From: an uncultured bacterium
GTDB taxonomy: Bacteria; Krumholzibacteriota; Krumholzibacteriia; LZORAL124-64-63
Reading direction: 5' to 3'
NCBI GenBank assembly: GCA_963732385.1
Contig: CAVSZB010000008.1
Location: 256,001-320,000 of the forward strand
Length of the DNA: 64,000 bases
Position 1 is the first letter of the stretch. Every line of letters starts with the position of its first letter. Shown piece after piece: positions 1 through 9,389 of the stretch. A program made the position numbers and the translations under genes. Below the pieces are notes generated by a model, which did not search any database, had not been told where the DNA came from, and saw only the letters and a list, made by a program, of their open reading frames with translations.

Positions 1-1165
1 GCTCGACGGCGCCGATGTCGTCGCGGCCGAGGCAGCCGGCCCCGCCGAGCGTGGCCATCTCCAGCACCTCCTGCACGCGCATTCCTGACGGGCCGTGGAT
101 GACGCGGTGCAGCAGCAGCGTCTGGCGCAGCTCGGCGAGCAGGTGCGAGCCGTCGTTGCTGGCCGAGCCGTCGACCGCCAGACCGACCGTCACGCCGGCG
201 GCGCGCAGGTCGCGCACGCGGCAGACCCCCGAGCCGAGGCGCATGTTCGACGTCGGACAGTGGGCGATCGCCACGCCGGCGCGGCCGAGGCGCGCCACTT
301 CGGCGTCGTCGAAGAAGATGCCGTGGGCCAGCCAGACATCGTTGGCGAGCCAGCCGACCGACTCCAGGAAATCGAGCGGGCGCAGGCCGTAGATGGCCTG
401 GCAGTAGTCGTTCTCGTCGCGCGTCTCGGCGAGGTGCGTGTGCAGGCGGACGCCGTGGCGGCGCGCCAGCGCGGCGGTGTCGCGCATCAGTTCGGGGCTG
501 ACCGAGAAGGGGGAGCAGGGGGCGAGCGCCAGGCGCACCATGGCGCCGGGGCGCGGATCATGCCAGGCGCGGATGAGTCGTTCGCTGTCGGCGAGGATCG
601 TGTCGGGATCCTGCACCACGTCGTCGGGGGGGAGGCCGCCGTCCTTGACCGAGCGCGACATCGAGCCGCGCGTCGGGTGGAAGCGGATGCCGGCTTCCTG
701 CGCGGCGTCGATCGTGATGTCGATCAGCTCGGCGGAGGCGCCGCGCGGGAACAGGTAGTGGTGGTCGGTGGTCGTGGTGCAGCCGGAGCGCAGCAGTTCG
801 CGGAAGCCGACCAGCGCCGCGTGGTGGAAGTCGAGATCGCGCAGCTTCGCCCAGACCGGATAGAGGGCGCGCAGCCAGTCGAACAGACCGGCATCGACGG
901 CGCCGGGCCAGGCGCGGGTGCGGGTCTGGAACAGGTGATGGTGCGTGTTGACGAGTCCCGGCAAAACGACGCAGCCGGCGGCGTCGATGCGGTGGTGGCG
1001 GTCGCGCGGCACGGCGCCGATGAGGTCGGGCGCGCGGCCGGTGCCGACCGCGGTGATCAGCCCCCCCGTGGCCGCGACCCAGCCGCCATCGATCACCTCG
1101 CGGCCGGCGTTCATGGTAACCAGGGGCGCCGCGTTCTCCAGCAGGAAGTGCTCGTGCGTCGTCAT
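1..1165 (-). CDS. 8-oxoguanine deaminase-like amidohydrolase (AtzB/SsnA-related); 3' end runs off the window
   Basis: Not in the ORF track because no stop lies in the window. Translated by hand from ATG 1165 (GGGAG RBS): MTTHEHFLLENAAPLVTMN...LPGLVNTHHHLFQT...GCTTTTDHHY...LAPCSPFSVS...LHTHLAET...WLAHG...AHCPTSNMRLGSG...GLAVDGSASND. These are the metal-dependent amidohydrolase motifs of this subfamily. Confidence 0.85.
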   Translation of the reverse strand, partial: MTTHEHFLLENAAPLVTMNAGREVIDGGWVAATGGLITAVGTGRAPDLIGAVPRDRHHRIDAAGCVVLPGLVNTHHHLFQTRTRAWPGAVDAGLFDWLRALYPVWAKLRDLDFHHAALVGFRELLRSGCTTTTDHHYLFPRGASAELIDITIDAAQEAGIRFHPTRGSMSRSVKDGGLPPDDVVQDPDTILADSERLIRAWHDPRPGAMVRLALAPCSPFSVSPELMRDTAALARRHGVRLHTHLAETRDENDYCQAIYGLRPLDFLESVGWLANDVWLAHGIFFDDAEVARLGRAGVAIAHCPTSNMRLGSGVCRVRDLRAAGVTVGLAVDGSASNDGSHLLAELRQTLLLHRVIHGPSGMRVQEVLEMATLGGAGCLGRDDIGAVE

Positions 1166-1287
1166 GGCTCCCTCCCGGGGCGCCGGTGCCGGTCATCTTG
1201 GCCCTTGGGGCCGTCCGCATAGTCAGTTATACTGCACGGCGGTTGGGACCGCCAGGACGGCGGGCGCGACCGGGAGGTCGGCGGGCG

Positions 1288-2169
1288 GTGAAGGACCTGC
1301 GTGAATATCGCCGAGCAACATCGGCCGCCGAAGCGGTCGAGCTGCTGCGGGCCGGACCGGGGCGGGGCATCTACATCGCCGGCGGCACCGATCTTTTCCT
1401 GATGATGCCTCCCGGTGTCGACTATGTGGTGGACATCAACGGTGCGGGGCTCGACCGCATCGAGCGCACGGCGGAGGACGAACTGTTCATCGGCGCGGCG
1501 GCCACGCTGCAGGCGGTGGCCATGTCTCCTCTGGCGCAGCGCTACGCCGGCGGCGCGGTCGCCGAGGCGGCCGTACACTGCGCAAACCGTCCGGTGCGCT
1601 CCACCGCCACCCTCGGCGGCAATCTCTGCAACGCGCTCCCCTCGGCCGACCTCGCGCCGATCCTGCTGGCGCTGGACGCCCGCGCATTGATGAGCGACGG
1701 CGCGCGCGAGGAGATCGTGCCGCTGGCCGAATTCTTTACCGGGCCCCGGCGCACCGTGCTCGGCGACCGGCTGCTGCTGGCGATTCTCCTGCCGGGGCGG
1801 TGCGGCGGCAGCCGCGCCCGTGCCCGCAAGCTGAGCCGCACCGCCGAGGACATTTCGCTCGTGCAGGTGGCGGTGGCGCTCGATATGGACGGCCCGCTGA
1901 TCCGCGGCGCCCGCGTGGCGCTGGGCGCCGTGGCGCCGACGCCGCGGCGCGCCCCGGCCGCTGAAGAGGCTCTGACCGGCCTGAAGGTGCTGGCGCCCGG
2001 CGCCGCGAGCGCCATTGCCGCCGCGGCGCAGCTCGCCGCCGCGCGCGCCGAGCCGATCGACGATCACCGCGCCTCGGCAGCCTACCGGCGCGCGATGGTG
2101 GCCGTGTTGACGCGGCGCCTGGTGCGCGAACTTACCGGCCTGCCGTCCGTCGAGGGGGTGCACCCGTGA
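1288..2169 (+). CDS. Xanthine dehydrogenase family FAD-binding (medium) subunit
   Basis: IAGGTDL and RSTATLGGNLCNALPSADLAP FAD motifs; PIDDHRASAAYRR C-terminus. GTG 1288 with GGGAGG upstream preferred over the ORF-track start. Confidence 0.9.
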   Translation: MKDLREYRRATSAAEAVELLRAGPGRGIYIAGGTDLFLMMPPGVDYVVDINGAGLDRIERTAEDELFIGAAATLQAVAMSPLAQRYAGGAVAEAAVHCANRPVRSTATLGGNLCNALPSADLAPILLALDARALMSDGAREEIVPLAEFFTGPRRTVLGDRLLLAILLPGRCGGSRARARKLSRTAEDISLVQVAVALDMDGPLIRGARVALGAVAPTPRRAPAAEEALTGLKVLAPGAASAIAAAAQLAAARAEPIDDHRASAAYRRAMVAVLTRRLVRELTGLPSVEGVHP

Positions 2170-2720
2170 GGATCGAACTGACTCTCAACGGCGCTCCCGC
2201 CGCGTGGGACGTGGCGCCGGGCGAGCGGCTGCTCGATGCGCTGCGGAGCTGCGGCTGCGTCTCGGTGAAACGGGGTTGCGAGACCGGCGACTGTGGCTGC
2301 TGCGCCGTCCTGCTCGACGGCGAGCCGGTCTCGTCGTGCGTGGTCGCCGCGGCGCGCGCGCACGGACGGGTCGTGACCACCCTCGAGGGGCTGGCCGGAG
2401 ACCCGCTGCTCGCGCGGCTGCAGGCGGCTTTTTTGGCCGCCGGCGCGGTGCAGTGCGGCTATTGCGCGCCAGGCATGCTGATCGTGTCGTGGGCCCTGCT
2501 GCGCGGCGGCGGCCCGGTGGACGAGGCGGCGGTGCGCCAGGCCCTTTCGGGCAGCCTCTGCCGCTGCACCGGCTACGAGAAGCCGGTGAGCGCGATTCTG
2601 GCCGCGGCCGGGCGCCCCGTGAGGCTGTTGCACGGCGGTCGGGGGGAGCGGGGCGGGACCGGGCGCGGCGGCACCGCCGGCTCGTCGTCGCCGCCGGCCC
2701 GCCGGGAGGGCAAGCCATGA
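2166..2720 (+). CDS. Xanthine dehydrogenase family (2Fe-2S) small subunit
   Basis: GCETGDCGCC...C and QCGYC...CRCTGY cluster ligands; GTGA overlap with the previous gene. Confidence 0.92.
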   Translation: MRIELTLNGAPAAWDVAPGERLLDALRSCGCVSVKRGCETGDCGCCAVLLDGEPVSSCVVAAARAHGRVVTTLEGLAGDPLLARLQAAFLAAGAVQCGYCAPGMLIVSWALLRGGGPVDEAAVRQALSGSLCRCTGYEKPVSAILAAAGRPVRLLHGGRGERGGTGRGGTAGSSSPPARREGKP

Positions 2721-5071
2721 CGGTCCTGCTGCGCGATCCGGCCGCGCCGCCGGCCGCCGTCGTGGGCGCGAGCGTGGAGCGGGTGGACGGGCGCGCCCTC
2801 GTCAGGGGCGAACCGGTCTTCACCGACGACGCGCACCCCGACGGCATGCTGTGGGCGAAGGTGCTGCCGTCGCCGCATGCGCACGCGCGGATCGTCCGGG
2901 TGGACAAGCGGCGCGCGCTGGCGCATCCCGGCGTGGTGACGGTGCTCTGCCACGAGGACGTCAAGCCGATCCTGCACACCCGCGCGGGACAGAGCTGGCC
3001 GGAGCCGTCGCCGTACGACACGACGATCCTGCCGGCGAAGGCGCGCTTCGTGGGGGACCGCGTGGCGGTCGTGGCGGCGCGCACGCTGCGCGCGGCCGAG
3101 GAGGCGCTCGAGCTGATCGACGTCGAATACGAGGTGCTGCCGGCGCTGATCGACCCCGAGGAGGCGCTGCGGCGGACCGACGTGCTGGTGCACGAGGAGC
3201 CCGATCCGCGCGGCATCGCCGAGGGGGGGCGCAGCAACCTGGCCGCCCGTCTCGACATCCAGGTGGGGGACGTGGCGGCGGCGCTGCTCACGGCCGATCT
3301 GGTCTGCGAGCGGACCTATATCGTGCCGCGGGTGCAGGCGAGCCACCTCGAGCCGCACGTGGCGATCGCCTGGATCGACAGCGACGGGCGTCTGGTCGTG
3401 CGCACCAGCACGCAGGTGCCGTTCCACCTGCGGCGGATCCTGGCGCGGGTGCTCGAGCTGCCCGAGGCGCGCATCCGCGTGATCAAGCCGCGCGTGGGGG
3501 GCGGCTTCGGCGACAAGCAGGAGATGGTCCTCGAGGACCTGGTGGCGCTGCTCGCTTTGCGCACCGGCAAACCGGTGCGCTACGAGATGACGCGGGCCGA
3601 GGAGTTGATCGCCGCGCGTCACCGTCACCCGCAGCGGATCACGATGACCACCGGCGTCATGCGTGACGGCCGCATCGTGGCCAACCGCATGGTGGTGCTG
3701 GCCGACACCGGCGCCTACGGCAGCCATGCGCTGACGGTGCAGGGCAATACCGGTCAGAAGGTGCTGCCGCTCTACCCGTGCGAGAACATCCATTTCCATG
3801 TTGACTGCGTCTACACGAACACGCCGGTCTGCGGCGCCTTCCGTGGCTATGGTGCGCCCCAGGGCTTCTTCGCGCTGGAGAGCCACGTCGACACGATCGC
3901 GCGCGAGCTCGGCATGGACCCGCTCGAACTGCGCCGGCTCAACCACATCCGCCTCGGGCAGACCGACCCTCTCTCGGCGAAACTCGGCGAGGGCCGCAAG
4001 GGCCTCGCGCGGGTGGTGCACAGCAGCGGGCTCGAGGAGGCGATCCGGCGCGGCGCCGAGGCGATCGGCTGGGGGCGGAAGCGGCCGGCTTCCGCGCCGC
4101 ACCTGCGCCGGGGCCTGGGCGTCGGTCTGGCGATGCAGGGCTCCGGCATTGCCGGCGTCGACTGGGCCGCCGCCACCGTGAAGCTGAACGACGACGGCAG
4201 CGTGAACCTGCTCGTCGGCGCCACCGACATCGGCCAGGGCAGCGACACGGTGCTGGCGCAGATCTGCGCCGAGACGCTCGGTCTGCCGGTCGAGAAGGTG
4301 ATCGTGACCAGCTCCGACACCGACATCACGCCGTTCGATGTCGGCGCGTACGCCTCGAGCACCACCTACGTCTCGGGCGGCGCGGTGGAGAAGGCGGCGC
4401 GCGAGCTGCGCGACCAGCTCGGCGCGATCGTCGCGCACAAGTGGGGATGCGAGCCGGCCGAGGTCCGCTTCGGCGGCGACCGCATCGACGGCCCGGCCGC
4501 GCCCGACGGCGCGTCGCGTTCGCTGACCATGGGCGAAGCGGCGCTCGTGGCGCTCTACGAGGCGAAGACGCAGCCGGCGGCCACCGCCAGTCATATGGCG
4601 GAAGATTCTCCGCCGCCGTTCGCGGCGCAGTACGCCGACGTGGAGGTCGACATCGAGACCGGCGAGGTGTTCGTCCGGCGGCTGGTGTCGGCGGTCGACT
4701 GCGGCACCGCGGTCAATCCGCAGTCCACGGAGGGGCAGATCGAGGGGGCGGTGTCGCAGGCGCTCGGCTACGCCCTGTTCGAGGAGGTCCTGATCGACGA
4801 GCGGGGCCGCGTGCGCAACCCCAACTTCCTCGACTACAAGATCGCCACCGCGATGGACATGCCGGAGATGGTCACCATCCTGGTCCCGACCCACGAACCG
4901 AGCGGCCCGTTCGGCGCCAAGGCGGCCGGCGAGGTGCCGATCGACGGCCCCGCTCCGGCGATCCTCAACGCCATCGCCGACGCCACCGGCGCGCGCCTCA
5001 CGCAACTCCCCGCCACCCCGGAGCGGGTCTGGCGGGCGCTGCGCGAGCAGGCGAAACGGGCGCTCGACTAG
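2717..5071 (+). CDS. Xanthine dehydrogenase family molybdopterin-binding large subunit (XdhD-like)
   Basis: LEPH, VGGGFGDKQE, GAFRGYGAPQG, DIGQGSDT, EGQIEGAVSQALG and GPFGAKAAGE motifs; ATG 2717 overlaps the upstream stop (ATGA). Confidence 0.92.
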   Translation: MTVLLRDPAAPPAAVVGASVERVDGRALVRGEPVFTDDAHPDGMLWAKVLPSPHAHARIVRVDKRRALAHPGVVTVLCHEDVKPILHTRAGQSWPEPSPYDTTILPAKARFVGDRVAVVAARTLRAAEEALELIDVEYEVLPALIDPEEALRRTDVLVHEEPDPRGIAEGGRSNLAARLDIQVGDVAAALLTADLVCERTYIVPRVQASHLEPHVAIAWIDSDGRLVVRTSTQVPFHLRRILARVLELPEARIRVIKPRVGGGFGDKQEMVLEDLVALLALRTGKPVRYEMTRAEELIAARHRHPQRITMTTGVMRDGRIVANRMVVLADTGAYGSHALTVQGNTGQKVLPLYPCENIHFHVDCVYTNTPVCGAFRGYGAPQGFFALESHVDTIARELGMDPLELRRLNHIRLGQTDPLSAKLGEGRKGLARVVHSSGLEEAIRRGAEAIGWGRKRPASAPHLRRGLGVGLAMQGSGIAGVDWAAATVKLNDDGSVNLLVGATDIGQGSDTVLAQICAETLGLPVEKVIVTSSDTDITPFDVGAYASSTTYVSGGAVEKAARELRDQLGAIVAHKWGCEPAEVRFGGDRIDGPAAPDGASRSLTMGEAALVALYEAKTQPAATASHMAEDSPPPFAAQYADVEVDIETGEVFVRRLVSAVDCGTAVNPQSTEGQIEGAVSQALGYALFEEVLIDERGRVRNPNFLDYKIATAMDMPEMVTILVPTHEPSGPFGAKAAGEVPIDGPAPAILNAIADATGARLTQLPATPERVWRALREQAKRALD

Positions 5072-5120
5072 GCCCCCGTCCCTCGGCGCGATCGCGGGAT
5101 TTTCCCGCGGCTGCCCGGTG

Positions 5121-5148
5121 TTGACGCCCCGGTCGTTGTCGCTACAAT
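5121..5148 (+). promoter_or_regulatory. Sigma70-type promoter for the lpoB operon
   Basis: TTGACG (5121-5126), 16-nt spacer, TACAAT (5143-5148), about 85 nt upstream of ATG 5234. Confidence 0.55.
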
Positions 5149-5233
5149 GGCGGGGTCGCCGCGCGGGCGGCGCGCGGTCCCCGAACCGATCCCCCTGAGC
5201 GCTCCGAGGCCCTTCGTCAGGAGGCTTTTCCCC

Positions 5234-5854
5234 ATGTCGCGAATGCCGAACCGGTTCGTTTTCGTTTTCGCCCTGATCCTGTTGCCCGTCGCGCTGGCCG
5301 GCTGCGGCGGCGGCAAGGTGGTCAGCCGCGTGGACACAGGCGAGCAGATCGATCTGTCGGGCAACTGGAACGATGTGGACAGCCGGCAGGCGGCGAACGA
5401 TCTCGTCGCGCAGTCCACGGCCGGGACGCCGTGGATCGAGAACTTCATGATGGAGAAGGGGACGAAGCCGACGCTCATCGTCGGGGCGATCCGCAACAAG
5501 TCGGCGGAGCACATCCCGATGAAGACGCTGGTGGCCGATCTCGAGAGGACGTTCATCAACTCGGGACGGGTGCGGGTCGTCGCCTCCGCGGAAGAGCGCG
5601 AGGGGGTCCGCGACGAGCGCGCCGATCAGCAGGAATTCGCTTCGCCCGAATCGCAGGCGCGCTGGGGCCGGGAGAAGGGGGCGAACTACATGCTCCTGGG
5701 CGAGGTCAACACGATCATCGACCGGGAGGAGGGGAACGAGGTCAAGTACTACCAGGTGGACAGCTACCTGGTGGACCTGCAGACGAACGAGAAGGTCTGG
5801 GTGGGGCAGACCAAGCTCAAGAAGTTCGTCGGTCGCAAGGCCTACAAGCCGTAG
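5234..5854 (+). CDS. lpoB: Penicillin-binding protein activator LpoB family lipoprotein
   Basis: Lipobox LAG-C; DLSGNWNDVDS, IRNKSAEHI and LVDLQTNEKVWVG are typical of LpoB/CsgG-fold proteins. Confidence 0.8.
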   Translation: MSRMPNRFVFVFALILLPVALAGCGGGKVVSRVDTGEQIDLSGNWNDVDSRQAANDLVAQSTAGTPWIENFMMEKGTKPTLIVGAIRNKSAEHIPMKTLVADLERTFINSGRVRVVASAEEREGVRDERADQQEFASPESQARWGREKGANYMLLGEVNTIIDREEGNEVKYYQVDSYLVDLQTNEKVWVGQTKLKKFVGRKAYKP

Positions 5855-5861
5855 GGGCGCC

Positions 5862-7328
5862 ATGAACCGCCGCCTTGTCCGGTGGAGGCCGGTCGCTCCG
5901 CGGGCCCGGGTCGTTCTGGCGACCCTGGCCGGGCTGCTGGCCGTCGTCGGCTGCGCCACCTATTCCGTGCAAAACCGCTCGCTGCGCACCGATCTGGTGT
6001 CCGGCAACTTCGCCAGGGCGCTGGAAACGGTCGAGCAGAACCGCGGTGGCCGCAGTCTGCTGCTGTACTGGCTCGAGCGGGGCCTGCTCCTGCACTACGC
6101 CGACCGCTGGCAGGAGAGCAACGACGCCTTCGGGCAGGCCGAGGAGCTCGCGGCCGATCTCTACACGAAGAGTGTCTCTCAGCGAGCGCTGTCGCTGCTC
6201 ACGAGCGACGCGGTCGTGGACTACCGCGCCGAGCCGTTCGAGCTGGCGATGGTGCCGTACTACCGCGCGCTCAACTATGCCTTCCTCGGCGACCGGGAGG
6301 GGGCGCTGGTCGAGGCGCGCAAGGCCGGCCTGCTGCTGCGCCAGTACACCGAACAGGACCTCGGTCGCCTCGGCGAGCTGGACCCCGACCGCGATACGTC
6401 GTCTGACGACCTGCTCGGCAACGACGCCTTCCTTCATTATCTAAGCGCCCTGCTCTACGAGTGGGACGGTGACGCCAACGACGCTTTCATCGCCTACCGC
6501 AATGCCGCCGACGCCTGGCACGCCGAAGCGGGGCGGCTGCGGACGCAGGCCCCCCCGTGGCTCGGCGCCGACCTGTCACGCACGGCGGGACGGCTCGGTT
6601 TCACAGCCGAACTGGCCCAGACGCGCGAGACGTTTCCTGAACTGTTCCCGGCCGCGGATTCCTCGGCCGCCGCGACCGCGCCGGAGTTCGCCGGCGGCGA
6701 AGTCGTGGTGCTGCTCGAGTTCGGCTTCGCGCCGGCGAAAGTGCAGCGGGAGATGAATCTGCCCGTGCTCAAGACCGATCGCCGCGACGACCGGGTGCGT
6801 TGGGCGCGCGATCTGCGGGGGCGCTGGCGGCCGGATTACCGCTACGACGAGGTCCAGCTCGACTACTGGCTGCGCGTGACGGTGCCGGAGCTGGTCAGCA
6901 GTCCGCCCGCGGTGACGGGGGCGCGCGTGTCGGCCGGAATCGCCGGCGGCCACGCGGTCGCCGTGACCGTGGATGATCTCGAGGGGCGCGCGTTCGCCGC
7001 CTTCCACGCGCGGGAGGGTTCGATGTGGCTGCGCACGATCGTGCGCGCACTCGCCAAGTACGGCACCAAGGAGCAGGCCGACAAGGCCGGCAAGGTGGCC
7101 GGTCTGCTCGCCAATTTGCTGGGCGCGGCCACCGAACAGGCCGACACCCGTGGCTGGCTCACGCTTCCCAACCGGATCGCCATGACCCGCCTGCGGCTGC
7201 CGCCGGGGCGCTACGACCTGCGCGTGGATCTGCTGGACGCGTCGGGGACCACGCTGCGCACCGACACCATCCCACGGGTGATCGTCAGGACCGATGATCT
7301 TGCCATCGTCAGCCGCCGGGTCTTCTGA
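5862..7328 (+). CDS. COG3014-type TPR-like lipoprotein
   Basis: Lipobox VVG-C; LLYWLERGLLLH, ALVEARK and EQADTRGWLTLP match the lipoprotein family usually found next to lpoB. Confidence 0.7.
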   Translation: MNRRLVRWRPVAPRARVVLATLAGLLAVVGCATYSVQNRSLRTDLVSGNFARALETVEQNRGGRSLLLYWLERGLLLHYADRWQESNDAFGQAEELAADLYTKSVSQRALSLLTSDAVVDYRAEPFELAMVPYYRALNYAFLGDREGALVEARKAGLLLRQYTEQDLGRLGELDPDRDTSSDDLLGNDAFLHYLSALLYEWDGDANDAFIAYRNAADAWHAEAGRLRTQAPPWLGADLSRTAGRLGFTAELAQTRETFPELFPAADSSAAATAPEFAGGEVVVLLEFGFAPAKVQREMNLPVLKTDRRDDRVRWARDLRGRWRPDYRYDEVQLDYWLRVTVPELVSSPPAVTGARVSAGIAGGHAVAVTVDDLEGRAFAAFHAREGSMWLRTIVRALAKYGTKEQADKAGKVAGLLANLLGAATEQADTRGWLTLPNRIAMTRLRLPPGRYDLRVDLLDASGTTLRTDTIPRVIVRTDDLAIVSRRVF

Positions 7329-9372
7329 CCCCGGCCCCCGCCGGCGCTACGCGCTGATCGCGCTGCTGGCGGTGGCGGCGGCCGTGCGGCTGGCCTGCTG
7401 GTTAGCCCTGCGCGACGAACCGATCTTCCGGGTGCCGCAGCTCGACGCCGCGACCTACGACGAATGGGCCCGCGCCCTGGCGCACGGCGACTTCGGCGCT
7501 GGCCGGCCTTACTGGATGGCGCCTCTCTACCCGCACCTGCTGGCGCTCGTCTACCTGGTGTGCGGGACCGGGATCACGGCGCCGCAGCTGCTTCAGCTCG
7601 TCCTCAACCTGCTGACGGTCTGGCTGGTCTGGCGCCTGGCGCGGCGCGCCGCGGACGAGCCGACGGCGCTCCTGGCGGCTGCGCTCTTCGCGTTGTACGG
7701 GCCGCCTGTCCTCTACGCCAACCTGCTCCTGCTCGAGACGGTCCTGACGGCGCTGCTGGCGGTTGCAGCGCTGCTCGCCGTGCGCGCGGCCGAGGCGCCG
7801 ACGGCGCGGCGGCTGGCGGGCCTCGGCGCCATGATTGCCGCCACGGCGCTCGCCCGTGGCAACGCCCTGCTGCTGCTGTTGTCCGTGCCGCTGCTGGCGC
7901 TGCCGCCGCTGCCGGGTCCGCGCGGCCGGTGGCGCGGGGCGGCCGCGCTCTGGATGGGCGCCGCGCTCGTGATCGCGCCGGTCACGCTGCGCAACTGCGT
8001 CGTTGGCGGGGACTTCGTCCTGCTGACCTCGAACGGCGGGCTCAACCTGTTCATCGGCCAGCAGCCGGCGTACCACGGCCTGTTCGGGCCGACCGATCCG
8101 GAGGAGGGGCTGACGGTGTCGTCCCTCAGCGATCCCACCGGAGAGCACCAACTGGAGCGTCAGACGGGGCGGGAGCTGCGGCCATCGGAGGTGTCGCGCC
8201 GGTTCACGCGGCGCGCGTTCGATCTCGTGCGGGGCGACCCGGCCGGCGCGGCCGTCCGCGCCCTGCTCAAGGGCTATCGTTTCTGGAACGGGTACGAGCA
8301 GCCGCAGCTCGCGGCGTGGGACTTCTGGCGCGGGCGCGCGCCGGTGCTGCGCCTGCTGCCGGTGCCGTTTCTGCTGCTGGCGGCGTGCGGCCTGCCCGGC
8401 CTGGCGCTGCTGCGACCGCCGGCGCGCCGCGTCGTGACCGTGTTCGTGCTGACGTGGTGGGCGAGTCTGTTGCCGTTCTTCGCCACCGACCGCTACCGAT
8501 TCGCGGCGACGCCGCTGCTGGCGGTGTCGGCGGCGGCCTGTCTCGCCGCGCTCGTTCGCGGCGCGCGGGCCGGGCGCGGGGGGCCGGCGGCGCGGCGACG
8601 CGCCGTGACGCTCGGCGGGCTCGTGTTCGTGCTGGCGGTGGCGCTGTGGCCGCGCTGGGTGGCGCTGCCGGCCGACCAGGTGGCGTGGCAGAGCCTGGCG
8701 CACGAGGCAAAGGCGCGGTTCGGGCTTGGCGACCGCGAAGGAGCGGCCCGGGCGCTGGCCGCAGCCGATCGCGCGCTGCCGCGTTTCGCCGGCACCTGGT
8801 TCCAGCTCGGCGTGTTGTCAGCGCAGGGCGGCGACCAGGTCGCGGCGCTGACGGCCTTCGAGCGCGCCGAGGCGCTCGACCCCGGCGATCGCCTCAGCCC
8901 GTACTGGACGGGACGCACCCTGCGCAGGCTCGCGCGGTTCGATGCGGCGCAGGCGGCGCTGGCGCGCGCCGCGCGGCTCGATTCGACCTGGGCGAAGCCG
9001 CGCTTCGAAATGGCGATGACCTGCCTCGACCGCGGCGACACGAACGGCGCGCTGCGCGACCTGGAGCGGGCCGCCGCGCTCGATCCGGGCGCGCCGCAGT
9101 ACCTCAACAACCTCGCCTCCCTGCTGGCGCAGACGGGGCGGGTGGACGCGGCGCGGGCGCGGCTCGCGGACCTGATCGCGCGCTACCCGACCTATGGCCG
9201 CGCCCGGATCAACCTGGCGGTGCTGCTGGCGCGCACCGGCGACGCCGCGGCGGCACGCACGGTGGTGGCGGCGGCGCGGCGTATCCCGACGCTCGAGCCC
9301 GCCGAGCGCGAGGCCCTGGCCCGCCTGGCCGCCGAGTTGGGGACAACGGCAGGCGGAGCGCCGTCGCGGTGA
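7294..9372 (+). CDS. GT-C membrane glycosyltransferase (GT39/PMT_2-like) with C-terminal TPR repeats
   Basis: LDAATYDEWA loop, PLYP motif, many TM helices, TSNGGLNLFIG, RYRF, then TPR repeats (e.g. YLNNLASLLAQTGRVDAA). Start uncertain. Confidence 0.75.
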   Translation: MILPSSAAGSSDPGPRRRYALIALLAVAAAVRLACWLALRDEPIFRVPQLDAATYDEWARALAHGDFGAGRPYWMAPLYPHLLALVYLVCGTGITAPQLLQLVLNLLTVWLVWRLARRAADEPTALLAAALFALYGPPVLYANLLLLETVLTALLAVAALLAVRAAEAPTARRLAGLGAMIAATALARGNALLLLLSVPLLALPPLPGPRGRWRGAAALWMGAALVIAPVTLRNCVVGGDFVLLTSNGGLNLFIGQQPAYHGLFGPTDPEEGLTVSSLSDPTGEHQLERQTGRELRPSEVSRRFTRRAFDLVRGDPAGAAVRALLKGYRFWNGYEQPQLAAWDFWRGRAPVLRLLPVPFLLLAACGLPGLALLRPPARRVVTVFVLTWWASLLPFFATDRYRFAATPLLAVSAAACLAALVRGARAGRGGPAARRRAVTLGGLVFVLAVALWPRWVALPADQVAWQSLAHEAKARFGLGDREGAARALAAADRALPRFAGTWFQLGVLSAQGGDQVAALTAFERAEALDPGDRLSPYWTGRTLRRLARFDAAQAALARAARLDSTWAKPRFEMAMTCLDRGDTNGALRDLERAAALDPGAPQYLNNLASLLAQTGRVDAARARLADLIARYPTYGRARINLAVLLARTGDAAAARTVVAAARRIPTLEPAEREALARLAAELGTTAGGAPSR

Positions 9373-9389
9373 GCGGGTCCGCGGGCCCT

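Noticed and set aside
2717..5071. Aerobic CO dehydrogenase (coxMSL gene order)
   Set aside because: The active-site loop is AFRGYG, not the AYxCSFR of form I CoxL, and the purine deaminase context fits a xanthine-dehydrogenase-like enzyme.
2573..5959. 1128-aa minus-strand ORF
   Set aside because: Antisense shadow of the Mo-subunit and lpoB genes. Stop-free antisense frames are expected at this GC content, and it has no motifs.
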